NCBI GenBank assembly: GCA_963555985.3
Contig: OY820591.1
Span: 1,632,001 to 1,696,000 of the forward strand
Length of the DNA stretch: 64,000 bases
DNA from: Dehalococcoidia bacterium
Lineage (GTDB): Bacteria; Chloroflexota; Dehalococcoidia; Bin125
Reading direction: 5' to 3'
Shown here: piece by piece, positions 19,446 to 28,480 of the stretch
How positions within the stretch are numbered: the first letter of the stretch is position 1
Layout of the letters: each line of letters begins with the position of its first letter
The notes under the pieces: model-generated
Told to the model about the DNA's origin: nothing
Databases searched by the model: none
What the model saw: the letters and a program-made list of their open reading frames with translations, nothing else
Translations under genes and position numbers: made by a program

Positions 19446-21350
19446 CTAGTCTCCGGCGACTGCGGTGAGCATGGCGACGAAGCGATCTTCCACGCGCACG
19501 GCGTTCGGGGCGAGTTCGCGGCAGACATCGCAGCGGATGCACTTGGCGTCGTCGATGCTCCAGCCGCTCGGCTCGCCTTCGTCGTCTTCACGCTGAAGGA
19601 TCGCCTGCGTGGGACAGAGCTCGGCTGCCTCTGCGAGCGCCGGTTCCGCTGGGTCGGTGACGAGGTAGCGAATCAACCCGGGCGCGGCCTTGGCCGGATC
19701 GCGCTTGTCGTCGATGTGAATGTCGAGCTCGTCGCGGAAGTAGTTGACCAATCCGCGCACGGCGTAGGGCGTGAACTGTCCGTGCAGACAGTTGGCGTTT
19801 TGCAAGGTGCGATCGATCGCGCCGATCCGTTCGAGGTCTTCCTGGCGTCCGTCGCCGTGCAGGATTCGCTCGAGCACTTCAACCAAGCGCTGGGAACCGC
19901 CGTGACAGGTGGTGCAACGGCCGCAGGACTCGTCCTCGCAGAACTCGGAGAAGTAGAGCGTGAGGTCAACCGCCGAGGCGCGCTCATCGAACAGAATCAG
20001 CCCACCGGAGCCGAGCAGCACCCCGCGCTGGGTGAAGGGCGGGCGTTCGAGCGCCAGCCCGAGATCGGAGGCCGGCAAGAGTCCGCCCAGGGGACCGCCG
20101 GGTTGGATGCCTTTGGGCGTATGTCCGTCCGGCGGACCGCCGCCTGCGCCGAGCAGCAACTCGTCCATCGGCAGCCCGAAGGGAACCTCGAGGATGCCCG
20201 GGCGTTGCAGCGAACCGGAGATGCTGAACATCTTGGTGCCCGGATCGGACTCGGTGCCGAACTGCCGGTACCAGGCTGCGCCGTTGCGGACGATCGAGGG
20301 GACGTTGGCGTAGGTCTCGGTGTTGTTGACGTTGGAGGGCTGATCGAAGACTCCGCGCTGAGCAGGGAAGGGCGGACGAATCTTGGGCATCCCGCGCAGA
20401 CCCTCAACGGAGGCGATCAGGCCGGTCTCCTCGCCGCAGACATACGAGCCTGCGCCGCGGGTGATTTCGAGGTCGAAACTGAAGTCGGAGCCGAGCAGGT
20501 TTGAGCCCAGCAAGCCGCGCTCACGCGCCTGCTCGATCGCCAATTCCATTCGCGCAATGGCCAACGGGTATTCGTCGCGGATATAGACGAAGCCGTAGTC
20601 GGAGCCGGTCGCGCGGCCCGCGATCGCCATGCCCTCGATCACGAGGTGCGGGTCGGATTCCATCAGGACGCGGTTGACGAACGCGCCGGGGTCGCCCTCA
20701 TCGGCATTGCAGACCAGGTACTTGGTCGGGCCCGGCGCGCCGAGCAGGAACTTCCACTTCTGACCCGCAGGGAAACCACCGCCGCCGCGACCGCCGACGC
20801 CGGCGGCGAGCACGAGGTCGCAGATCGCCATCGGGTTCATCTCGACCGCGCGGTCAAGCGCTTCATATGCGCCCTCGGCGATCGCCTCGTCGATCCGCTC
20901 CGGGTCGATGATGCCCATGAACTCCATCAAGCGGCGCTCCTGGAGCGACCAGAAGGGATGCTCGCTGAGCGGGGGCACGCCGGGCGCGGGCAAGCGCGCG
21001 CCGATGATCCAACGTTCGGCGTCAGCGGCCGGGTTGTCGCCCAAGGCGGCCGAGAGGAAATCCGCTGCGTCGGCAGGCTGTACCGGTCCGTAGACCACGG
21101 CTCCGGCGCCGGGCGTCTGAATCTCGACGGTCGGTTCCAGCCAGGAAAGTCCGAGCGTTCCCACCCGCATCAGTTCGGCGTCGTAAGCGCCCGACTCCAG
21201 TTCGGCCTCCAGCGCTTCCCAGAGCAGGTCGGCGCCGGCGGCGATGGAGGAGGTTGAGAGATCGACGCGGATCAGGGGGCGCGCAGGGGCTCGGCGCGCG
21301 GCGGCGCTGGCCTCAGCGGCTTCGCGGACGGCCTGGTATTCGCTGCTCAT
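19446..21350 (-). CDS. NuoF/HydB-like NADH-binding flavoprotein Fe-S subunit
   Basis: GGRGGGGFPAGQKW, CNADEGDPGAF, GAGSYVCGEET, ESCGRCTTC...C, C-terminal ferredoxin-like domain. Confidence 0.9.
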   Translation of the reverse strand: MSSEYQAVREAAEASAAARRAPARPLIRVDLSTSSIAAGADLLWEALEAELESGAYDAELMRVGTLGLSWLEPTVEIQTPGAGAVVYGPVQPADAADFLSAALGDNPAADAERWIIGARLPAPGVPPLSEHPFWSLQERRLMEFMGIIDPERIDEAIAEGAYEALDRAVEMNPMAICDLVLAAGVGGRGGGGFPAGQKWKFLLGAPGPTKYLVCNADEGDPGAFVNRVLMESDPHLVIEGMAIAGRATGSDYGFVYIRDEYPLAIARMELAIEQARERGLLGSNLLGSDFSFDLEITRGAGSYVCGEETGLIASVEGLRGMPKIRPPFPAQRGVFDQPSNVNNTETYANVPSIVRNGAAWYRQFGTESDPGTKMFSISGSLQRPGILEVPFGLPMDELLLGAGGGPPDGHTPKGIQPGGPLGGLLPASDLGLALERPPFTQRGVLLGSGGLILFDERASAVDLTLYFSEFCEDESCGRCTTCHGGSQRLVEVLERILHGDGRQEDLERIGAIDRTLQNANCLHGQFTPYAVRGLVNYFRDELDIHIDDKRDPAKAAPGLIRYLVTDPAEPALAEAAELCPTQAILQREDDEGEPSGWSIDDAKCIRCDVCRELAPNAVRVEDRFVAMLTAVAGD

Positions 21351-21910
21351 GCGATCTCCTCGCCGGAGTGCCCATTGCCCTGGTGGTACGTCGCCTCAGC
21401 ATCAACGAAGACCGCCGGCGCGATCTTGATCGGGCGTTGCGGCCATTCGAGCACGTCTTCGCCAGCGCGCAAGCGTCGCGCGAGCTTGACCGTCTCGACC
21501 ATCGTCAGCGGTCCCACCACGCGCCCGTTGACCCAGACCATCGGCGCTTTCTCACAGGTGCCGTTGCACTGGCCCAGCCAGAGCCCGAGCTCGTCGTCGT
21601 CCGTGTTCTCTCCGAGCTTGCAGCCGAATTCAGCCTCGAAGATGCGGCGAACCCGGTCGCCGCCGACCACGCGGCAGGATGGTCCGGAGCACCAGGTGAC
21701 CAGCGTCTTGGGCGGCGGCGAATGCCGGAATTCGGCGTAGAACGTGGCGGGACCGTAGACCTGCGCCTCGCTCACGCGGAGGTGACGAGCGATCAGGCGG
21801 ATCGCGTCGCGCGAGATCCAGCCCAGTTCTTCCTGAGCGAGATGAAGGGCGCGCAGCATCTGACCCTGATGGCGGGGCAGCTGCTTCAAGAGTCCGGCAA
21901 AGCGTTCCAT
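21347..21910 (-). CDS. NuoE/HydC-like [2Fe-2S] subunit
   Basis: VYGPATFY, C-x4-C and C-x3-C (CSGPSC...CNGTCEKAP). ATGA-coupled to the NuoF-like gene. Confidence 0.88.
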   Translation of the reverse strand: MERFAGLLKQLPRHQGQMLRALHLAQEELGWISRDAIRLIARHLRVSEAQVYGPATFYAEFRHSPPPKTLVTWCSGPSCRVVGGDRVRRIFEAEFGCKLGENTDDDELGLWLGQCNGTCEKAPMVWVNGRVVGPLTMVETVKLARRLRAGEDVLEWPQRPIKIAPAVFVDAEATYHQGNGHSGEEIA

Positions 21911-22003
21911 GGCAGTCCAGAGCGCGGGCGCGCCGGTCGGGAGCGACGCTGAGCTAGATGCTATCCGCGCACCAGCGGGCGAACAAGGCCGCGTCTTCGG
22001 CGG

Positions 22004-22930
22004 TTAGGCGTTGTAGTTGAGACGCAGCCCGGGACGCGGCCAGTCGCAGGCGATCAGGCGTCCGGTGGTGCTCAACGTGATGTAGGCGGTGCGCATGTCT
22101 GCGCCGCCGAAACAGATGTTGGTCGTGAGCGGATCATCACCGACGGCGACGTGTTCGACCTCGCCGCTCTCGGGGTTGATCACGGTGATACCGCCCGGGC
22201 CAATCGTGGCGACGCAGACGTTGCCGTTCTCTTCCACGGCCAGCGAGTCGAAGAGCGTGTAGCCGCCTGCGTTGGCGATGAAGGCGTGGAATCCCGCAAC
22301 AGCGTTGTCCGCCGCGAGCACACCCGGCTCCGCGATCTCCCAGCCGAAGAGACGTCCGGTCGGCGTCTCGGCGATGTAGACGTGGTCGCCGTTGGGCGAG
22401 AGACCAACCCCATTCGCGCCGCCCGGGATCGGGAAGACGGCGCGCGAGATCTGCGATCCGTCCGCCTTGGCGTAGTAGAGCGCGCCGAGATCGCGGTCGA
22501 ACTCCCGATTCTTGCCGAGATCGGAGAACCAGAATCCGCCGTGCGCGTCGAACACGATGTCGTTCGGCCCCTTGAGCGGGATCCCGTCGCATTCCGTGTA
22601 GACGGTCTCGACCGCGCCGGTTTCGAGGTTGACGCGCTGAATGGAGCCGCCCGCGTAGTCGTCCGGCTGCGGACCCGGCAGAATCCGGCCGCCGCTGCGA
22701 TTCCAGCGAAAGCCGCCGTTGTTCGTAATCCAGACATGCCCATCGGGTCCAAGCGCCGCACCGTTAGGACCGCCGCCGGTGTCGGCGATCACGCTGACCC
22801 GACCGTCGGGTGTGACACGAGAGAGGGTGGGCCGGGCGATTTCGGTGAGGATGACGGATCCGTCGTCCATGGCGATCGGGCCTTCGGGGAACTGAAGGCC
22901 GGAGGCGAGCTCGCGGAATTCCATCGTCAT
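22004..22930 (-). CDS. SMP-30/gluconolactonase/LRE family protein
   Basis: GLQFPEGP, GGPNG, GPNDIVFD, ANGVGLSPNG, FDSLAV, TTNICFGG. Confidence 0.9.
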   Translation of the reverse strand: MTMEFRELASGLQFPEGPIAMDDGSVILTEIARPTLSRVTPDGRVSVIADTGGGPNGAALGPDGHVWITNNGGFRWNRSGGRILPGPQPDDYAGGSIQRVNLETGAVETVYTECDGIPLKGPNDIVFDAHGGFWFSDLGKNREFDRDLGALYYAKADGSQISRAVFPIPGGANGVGLSPNGDHVYIAETPTGRLFGWEIAEPGVLAADNAVAGFHAFIANAGGYTLFDSLAVEENGNVCVATIGPGGITVINPESGEVEHVAVGDDPLTTNICFGGADMRTAYITLSTTGRLIACDWPRPGLRLNYNA

Positions 22931-23003
22931 GGGGCGCTCCAGACGCTGAGCGGGAGATGAGTGTCGCGTGAATGCAGAATATGCGACAACGCGAGCCGAC
23001 CGG

Positions 23004-23342
23004 CTAGCCGGTCTGGAGGAAGTAGGTGCGGCCGTTGGGTGGACCGGTGATGTGGTCGATCCGCAGCAGGAGTTGCGCGTCCCGACCGGCCCGGAGCACG
23101 ATCTCCGGCCGTCCGGCGTAGAACAGCGCCTCGAGCGCGCCGTGCGGTTCGACGTTGGTGATTTGGAGGTCGTACGCCTCGTCGGGGATCGACGGGTCTC
23201 GAGGCCGGACTGAGCCGCGCGCCACGAGTGCGCCTGAACGGGTCAAGATCGTGCAGGACTCGGGGCTGACCTGGGAGCGGGCTCGCTGAGCAGTTGGGGT
23301 GACGGGCAGGGGAGCTGCATCGACTCGGGTGACCATGGACAT
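23004..23342 (-). CDS. Hypothetical protein
   Basis: GAGAGG RBS, host-like codon use, co-oriented with the lactonase. Confidence 0.55.
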   Translation of the reverse strand: MSMVTRVDAAPLPVTPTAQRARSQVSPESCTILTRSGALVARGSVRPRDPSIPDEAYDLQITNVEPHGALEALFYAGRPEIVLRAGRDAQLLLRIDHITGPPNGRTYFLQTG

Positions 23343-23553
23343 CCTCTCGCTCGCCGCCGCCAGGCTCCATTCCGCTTTAGCAAGCGCGGCGAAGCAGCGT
23401 CAAATTGGACTTCCAAATCAGGCGCGAACGAGGGCCGCCTATCCACGATCAGGGACGTGCTGCTGTGGAGACGGTGTACGCGCTGCCCGCTGAGCGATCG
23501 CAGACCGGCTTGTATTCTGCAAACGAATCGAGATCGACAGAAAGGGAACGATT

Positions 23554-24504
23554 ATGGCAGGACGACTGGATGGACGGGTGGCGATCGTCACCGGCGCCGG
23601 GCGCGGGATCGGACGGGGCCACGCGCTGCTGCTCGCGCAGGAGGGCGCGAAGGTTGTGGTCAACGACTACGGCGGCTCGCAGGGTGGGGAATTGGACGGC
23701 GCTGCCGGCCCCGCCGACGAGGTGGTCGCTCAGATCAAGGAAGCCGGCGGCGATGCGGCGGCCAACTACGAGTCAGTGGCTGAGATGGCCGCCGGCGAGC
23801 GGATGGTGCAGCAGGCCCTGGACTCGTTCGGACGGCTGGACATTCTGATCAACAACGCCGGCATCTTGCGCGACCGGATGGTCTTCAACATGACCGAGGA
23901 AGAGTGGGATGTCGTCGTTGATGTGCATCTCAAGGGTCACTTCACGGTCACCAAGTACGCCGCCCAGGTCTTCCGCCAGCAGCGCGGCGGGCGGATCGTG
24001 AACACGTCCTCCGAGTCTGGCCTGGGCAACATGGGCCAAGCCAACTATGCGGCGGCCAAGGAAGGCATCGTCGGACTGACCCGCACGCTCGCCCGCGACC
24101 TCGGCCGCTACGGCGTGACGGCGAACGCGATTCGACCCCGAGCAGGCACGCGGCTAACGCTGACCGAAGAACTGGCCGAAGCCCAGCGCCGCGCGCGCGA
24201 AGCCGGACTCGTCGCCGGTGACGCGGGCGACATCGACTTCGGCTCCGACCGCGAAACGATGATGCAGCCGGAGAACGTCTCGCCGTTCGTGGTCTGGCTC
24301 TGCACCGACGCGGCGGCGAACGTGAACGGGCGCGACTTCCTGGTCTGGGGCAACGAGGTCGGGATGTATTCGCTGCCGAAGGTCGAAGCGTCGATCTATG
24401 CCTCCGGCCTGAGTTGGACGATGGACGAGCTCGATCGCGTTGCCTCCCAGTCCTATCTGGGTAGCCAGAAGAATCTGTGGCCGGCGCAGGCGCCGCGGCA
24501 GTGA
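23554..24504 (+). CDS. SDR family oxidoreductase (3-hydroxyacyl-CoA dehydrogenase-like)
   Basis: TGAGRGIG, NNAGILRD, YAAAK catalytic motif. Confidence 0.92.
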   Translation: MAGRLDGRVAIVTGAGRGIGRGHALLLAQEGAKVVVNDYGGSQGGELDGAAGPADEVVAQIKEAGGDAAANYESVAEMAAGERMVQQALDSFGRLDILINNAGILRDRMVFNMTEEEWDVVVDVHLKGHFTVTKYAAQVFRQQRGGRIVNTSSESGLGNMGQANYAAAKEGIVGLTRTLARDLGRYGVTANAIRPRAGTRLTLTEELAEAQRRAREAGLVAGDAGDIDFGSDRETMMQPENVSPFVVWLCTDAAANVNGRDFLVWGNEVGMYSLPKVEASIYASGLSWTMDELDRVASQSYLGSQKNLWPAQAPRQ

Positions 24505-24545
24505 GGTCTAGGCGCTGAACCGCGCTCCAAGAGGAAGGAACTGAG

Positions 24546-25238
24546 ATGGCGATTCTGAGCCATGAAACCGTTGAGTTCGCCGCCAATGGCGGAACCGCGA
24601 GCGGATACCTCGCGCGTCCGGTCGACGGCGGCCCCTACCCGGGCGTGGTCGTGATCCAGGAATGGTGGGGACTGAACCCCAACATCTGCGATATCGCAAA
24701 CCGGATCGCAGCGGAAGGCTACGTCGCCTTAGCGCCGGATCTCTTCCACGGCGCAGTCACCGCCGAACCGGATGAGGCGCAGAAGCTGATGATGACGCTC
24801 CAGGAGCCGCAGGCGCTGGTCGACATGTCCGGCGCGGTAGCTGCGCTTCAGGCGCGTGACGATGTTCGCGCCGATCGCATCGGCGTGACCGGCTTCTGCC
24901 TCGGCGGCGGCATGTCGCTGCTGCTAGCGATGAACGATCCCGCGATCACGGCCGCGGCGCCGTTCTACGGTGTCCCGGGCGCGGGCATGGACGACGCCGA
25001 CCAGATCATGGGCGCGGTGTTGGGCTTCTACGCCGGTCACGACGACTGGGTAAACGCCGAAGTGGTCGCCGGGATCGAAGCGGCGCTCAACAACGCGGGC
25101 GTCCGCAACGAGATCCACGTCTACCCGAACTCGCATCACGGATTCTTCAATGACACCAGCGACATCTACGATCCCGAAGCCTCAGCCGACGCCTGGGAGC
25201 GGCTGAAGGCGTTCTTCGCGGCGGAATTGCAAGCCTGA
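24546..25238 (+). CDS. Dienelactone hydrolase family protein
   Basis: VIQEWWGLN, APDLFHG, GFCLGG nucleophile, HGFFN. Confidence 0.92.
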   Translation: MAILSHETVEFAANGGTASGYLARPVDGGPYPGVVVIQEWWGLNPNICDIANRIAAEGYVALAPDLFHGAVTAEPDEAQKLMMTLQEPQALVDMSGAVAALQARDDVRADRIGVTGFCLGGGMSLLLAMNDPAITAAAPFYGVPGAGMDDADQIMGAVLGFYAGHDDWVNAEVVAGIEAALNNAGVRNEIHVYPNSHHGFFNDTSDIYDPEASADAWERLKAFFAAELQA

Positions 25239-25261
25239 GCGTACGCAACTCAGGAACGTGA

Positions 25262-25287
25262 AACGCGCCCGCTCGCACGGGCGCGTT
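25262..25287. terminator. Hairpin between convergent genes
   Basis: AACGCGCCCG-ctcgca-CGGGCGCGTT inverted repeat. Confidence 0.65.
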
Positions 25288-25324
25288 CTCGTATGTACGG
25301 CGGAGCTCGGACGGGATGTTTCGC

Positions 25325-25657
25325 CTACAACTCCAACATCCCCGTCTCGCCGTGCTCGTCGTCGCCTTCGAGTTCTTCATCTGCGCCCAGACCGACGCCG
25401 ATGTAGACGAAGCCGCCGGCGGCGAGACCGATGAACAATCCCGCGGCGATGATGATCCAGAGCAGCCAGGCGTCGAAGCCGCCGTTGGCGGAGGAGAGAT
25501 GCTGGTTGCCGGCGCCGAGGTTGACCAGGATTGCGTGTACAACGATGCCGACCACCCCGCCGACGACCATGCCCGGCAGCAGCAGGGCCATCTGGATCGG
25601 AATCGGAGCGTCTTTGAGCCACTGCGGCATCATGAAGGACGGTACGAGCGGGGGCAT
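25325..25657 (-). CDS. Small two-TM hypothetical membrane protein
   Basis: GGAGG RBS, two hydrophobic helices, acidic tail. Confidence 0.6.
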   Translation of the reverse strand: MPPLVPSFMMPQWLKDAPIPIQMALLLPGMVVGGVVGIVVHAILVNLGAGNQHLSSANGGFDAWLLWIIIAAGLFIGLAAGGFVYIGVGLGADEELEGDDEHGETGMLEL

Positions 25658-25786
25658 GAGCAAACCTCCGGTACGTGTGCGGTTGTACCATGCAGTATCG
25701 CGCGGGAGCGGGTTGGCGTCTAGCCGGAGCGCCGTAATTGTCGAAAGCGATACCGCCAGAGCCGGATCATGGCTAGGCTGACCGTC

Positions 25787-27697
25787 ATGGCCATATCGAG
25801 TCAGCCGAGTCGTTATGACGCGCTGCGGCGCAGGCGAGTCAGCAGGCGCGCGCTGTTTGCCGCATCCACGCGCGCCGGGGTGGGCGTGGCTGCACTGGCG
25901 CTAGTGGGCTGCGGCGAAGACGAGCCAGAGCCGCAGGAAGCACCCGAGCCGCTTCAGCAACAGGCTCAAGCTCAGGCTCAGCAGGCGGAGCAGAGCGACC
26001 AGGAGCAGCCTCAAGTCGCCCAGCAGGAGCAGGAGCGAGTCGCTCCCATGGAACCGTCAAGAGGCGGCATTCTGCGCGTCTGGTTCCCGGTCGAGCGGCA
26101 TGACCGCTGGGATCCCCATCGCTCGCGCTATCGAACCACGCAGGCGTTTCACAGCCTCATGTACAACCGCCTGATCCGCCCCGTCTCGGTCTCCACCGGC
26201 GAACTCGAGGCCGACCTGTGCGGGTTGCCGGAGATGCCCGACGAATCGACCTACGTGTTCAGCGTGACCCCCGGCGCGGTGTTCTGGACGCAGGTGCCGA
26301 CCGAAGGCCGCGCATTCACGGCTGAGGACATCCGCTGGAACATCGAACGCCAGCAGTCAGCGCTCGATGCCGAGGGCGCGCCCGATCCGTACTTCTTCCG
26401 CCATCGCGCATACGAGCGCACCGCAGCGCTGGAGGTCACGGGCGACGAGACGATCCGACTGACCACGAACGGTCCGGATGCGGCCTACCTCGGCAGCGTC
26501 CATGCGGGTCCGTATGCGTGGACGACCAGCCCGGAGGCGGCTGAAGAGTGGGGCGATGGGTGGCGCGACAACGCCTTCGACGTACAGCTCAACAGCGGCA
26601 CGGGACCTTACGTCCCGATCCAGTACGACGGGCGAGAGCTGATCCTGGCGCGCTCGGAGAACTGGTGGGGCGCGAACGACGCCTGGCCCGACGGCATCGT
26701 CTTCGGCGGCGGCGCCGAAGGCCAGTTGGTCGGCACTTACAGCCTCAAACAAGTCGACTTCGTCGACTATCCGGTTCCCAACGAGGTCGTGCAGGCGCTC
26801 CGCGATGAGCGCCCCGATGACGCCGCCTACGAACTGCCGATGCCGGCCCCGGTGCAGTTACTCGCGCCGCAGGCGGAAGACGCCGCGTCACCGCTCAGCG
26901 ATCCTCGCATCATCCGCGCATTGGGCTTGGCGGTCGATCGGACACGGCTGTTAGAGCGGCTCTACCAAGGCGAGGGGCGAGCCTCCGGGCCATGGCCGTC
27001 CCATCTCAAACCCTGGGCGTTGCCGGAAGACCGTCTGGCGACGCACCCCGGCTACGGTGACGCGCGCGACGCCGACCTTGAGGAGATCGGCGCGCTGATC
27101 GCCGCTGCGGGAGGCGCGAACGCGCTTGGACAGGTACCATTCGTCGCCGCTGATGTGTTCGAAGGCTTCTTCGCCGGCTCAGGCGAAGCGGTGCGCTCAA
27201 TGCTGGCGGACGCAACCGGCCTGGATGTTGACCTGGAGTATCGAGCGTTGGCCGATGCGATCGCTCAAATCGCGAACGGCGAACGCTTCCTCTTCCTCAG
27301 TTGGGGAGAAACTCCGCTCTCGGCAGACCCGACCGATGCCTGGCGGGCGGCGCTGCACTCTACGGGCGAGCGCAACTGGGGCGGCGCACCCGATCCGGAG
27401 CTGGACGCGCTGATCGAGGAGATGGGCATCGCCTTCGATCTCAACGCGCGGCGCGGGCTGGCGCATCAGGTGCAGGAACGGCTGCTGAGCGGGGATTCGC
27501 CGCAGTGGATGATCAATCTGATCAATGGAACCCAGCTAGGGATCGCGCAACCCTATCTGCATCTCGACCCCCGCGCCCGCGAGTTCTCCTGGTCCTGGGA
27601 TCGGCTTGCCAACAGTTGGCTCGACACGGGTCACGAGGAATACGACGCGGAGCGGGCGCTGCCGGAGCCGGAACCAGAGGCAGAAGGCGGCGAGTAG
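25787..27697 (+). CDS. Family-5 ABC substrate-binding protein, Tat lipoprotein (divergent, orphan)
   Basis: SRRALF Tat motif, LVGC lipobox, Q-rich linker, SGTGPY, DPRIIRALGLAVDR. Confidence 0.85.
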   Translation: MAISSQPSRYDALRRRRVSRRALFAASTRAGVGVAALALVGCGEDEPEPQEAPEPLQQQAQAQAQQAEQSDQEQPQVAQQEQERVAPMEPSRGGILRVWFPVERHDRWDPHRSRYRTTQAFHSLMYNRLIRPVSVSTGELEADLCGLPEMPDESTYVFSVTPGAVFWTQVPTEGRAFTAEDIRWNIERQQSALDAEGAPDPYFFRHRAYERTAALEVTGDETIRLTTNGPDAAYLGSVHAGPYAWTTSPEAAEEWGDGWRDNAFDVQLNSGTGPYVPIQYDGRELILARSENWWGANDAWPDGIVFGGGAEGQLVGTYSLKQVDFVDYPVPNEVVQALRDERPDDAAYELPMPAPVQLLAPQAEDAASPLSDPRIIRALGLAVDRTRLLERLYQGEGRASGPWPSHLKPWALPEDRLATHPGYGDARDADLEEIGALIAAAGGANALGQVPFVAADVFEGFFAGSGEAVRSMLADATGLDVDLEYRALADAIAQIANGERFLFLSWGETPLSADPTDAWRAALHSTGERNWGGAPDPELDALIEEMGIAFDLNARRGLAHQVQERLLSGDSPQWMINLINGTQLGIAQPYLHLDPRAREFSWSWDRLANSWLDTGHEEYDAERALPEPEPEAEGGE

Positions 27698-27705
27698 CGC
27701 GACGC

Positions 27706-28113
27706 TCAGGCGTAGCGGGCGCGATGGCTGCGCTCGAACTCCAGAATCCGCCGGTAGATTCTGACCATCTCGCGGTCCTGCGCCAGCGGTTCGCGCGGCG
27801 GACGGATCACCGCGCCGCCGAGCGCCGCGACGATCTCGTGGTGATCGTCAATGATGAAGTCCGGCTCGATGTCGGTGAAGAGGTGCAGCCGCTGGCGGTA
27901 CTGGAAGATCGGCTTGCCCATGATCCCGGCCAGCAGCGGCCAGAGGTCGTGCTTGTCCGCCACCTCGCGCCGCGCCCCGTAGCCCGACCACATGTAGACA
28001 TGGTGCCCCCGATCCTGCAAGCGCTCCAGCACCTCCCGCGCATACGGGCGAATCTGCAGATTCCAGGAGACCAGACAGCCGTCGACGTCGAAGAAGATGT
28101 TGAGCGGGCGCAC
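27706..28113 (-). CDS. Small cap-less HAD-superfamily phosphatase
   Basis: DVDGCL motif I, WSG motif II, GKP motif III, IIDD motif IV. Confidence 0.75.
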   Translation of the reverse strand: MRPLNIFFDVDGCLVSWNLQIRPYAREVLERLQDRGHHVYMWSGYGARREVADKHDLWPLLAGIMGKPIFQYRQRLHLFTDIEPDFIIDDHHEIVAALGGAVIRPPREPLAQDREMVRIYRRILEFERSHRARYA

Positions 28114-28144
28114 GAAATGTAGGGTACGCCATCAGACAAACCGT

Positions 28145-28190
28145 GGGTCAGGAATGGCGGGCCTGCTTCAAGCCCGACCATCCCTGACCC
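28145..28190 (-). terminator. Long stem-loop downstream of the Zn-ribbon ORF
   Basis: GGGTCAGG...CGGGC...GCCCG...CCTGACCC nested inverted repeat. Confidence 0.5.
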
Positions 28191-28237
28191 TGTGCAAACG
28201 CCACGGCTAGAATGGCGTCACCTATCCGACAGGCCCC

Positions 28238-28384
28238 TTAGCACCGTCGATAGGTCGTGCGCTGGCCCTTGCCGCAGTACCCACACGGCGGCAAGCGGTC
28301 AGTGGCATCGTCCAGGTACACGGACCACCTGCAGCTAGTGCAGCAGTAGCGCCCGATGCCTGGTCGTTGGCCAACTTTCCACAT
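28238..28384 (-). CDS. 48-aa zinc-ribbon protein (below ORF-track cutoff)
   Basis: AAGGAGGTGA SD, then ATG. Translates as MWKVGQRPGIGRYCCTSCRWSVYLDDATDRLPPCGYCGKGQRTTYRRC* with two CxxC knuckles. Confidence 0.8.
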   Translation of the reverse strand: MWKVGQRPGIGRYCCTSCRWSVYLDDATDRLPPCGYCGKGQRTTYRRC

Positions 28385-28480
28385 ACGAAATCACCTCCTT
28401 CCGTTTGGATTCATCCCGTGTTCCGTCTTCACGCCGGGGCAATCCAGCGACAGACGACGCACGCGAATGTGCCAATCAGT

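Noticed and set aside
28140-28370. Multi-hairpin region suggesting a structured ncRNA (SRP, ribozyme or riboswitch)
   Set aside because: No SRP, RNase P or hammerhead core motifs. Most of it is explained by the 48-aa Zn-ribbon ORF with a strong SD; only the distal hairpin was kept.
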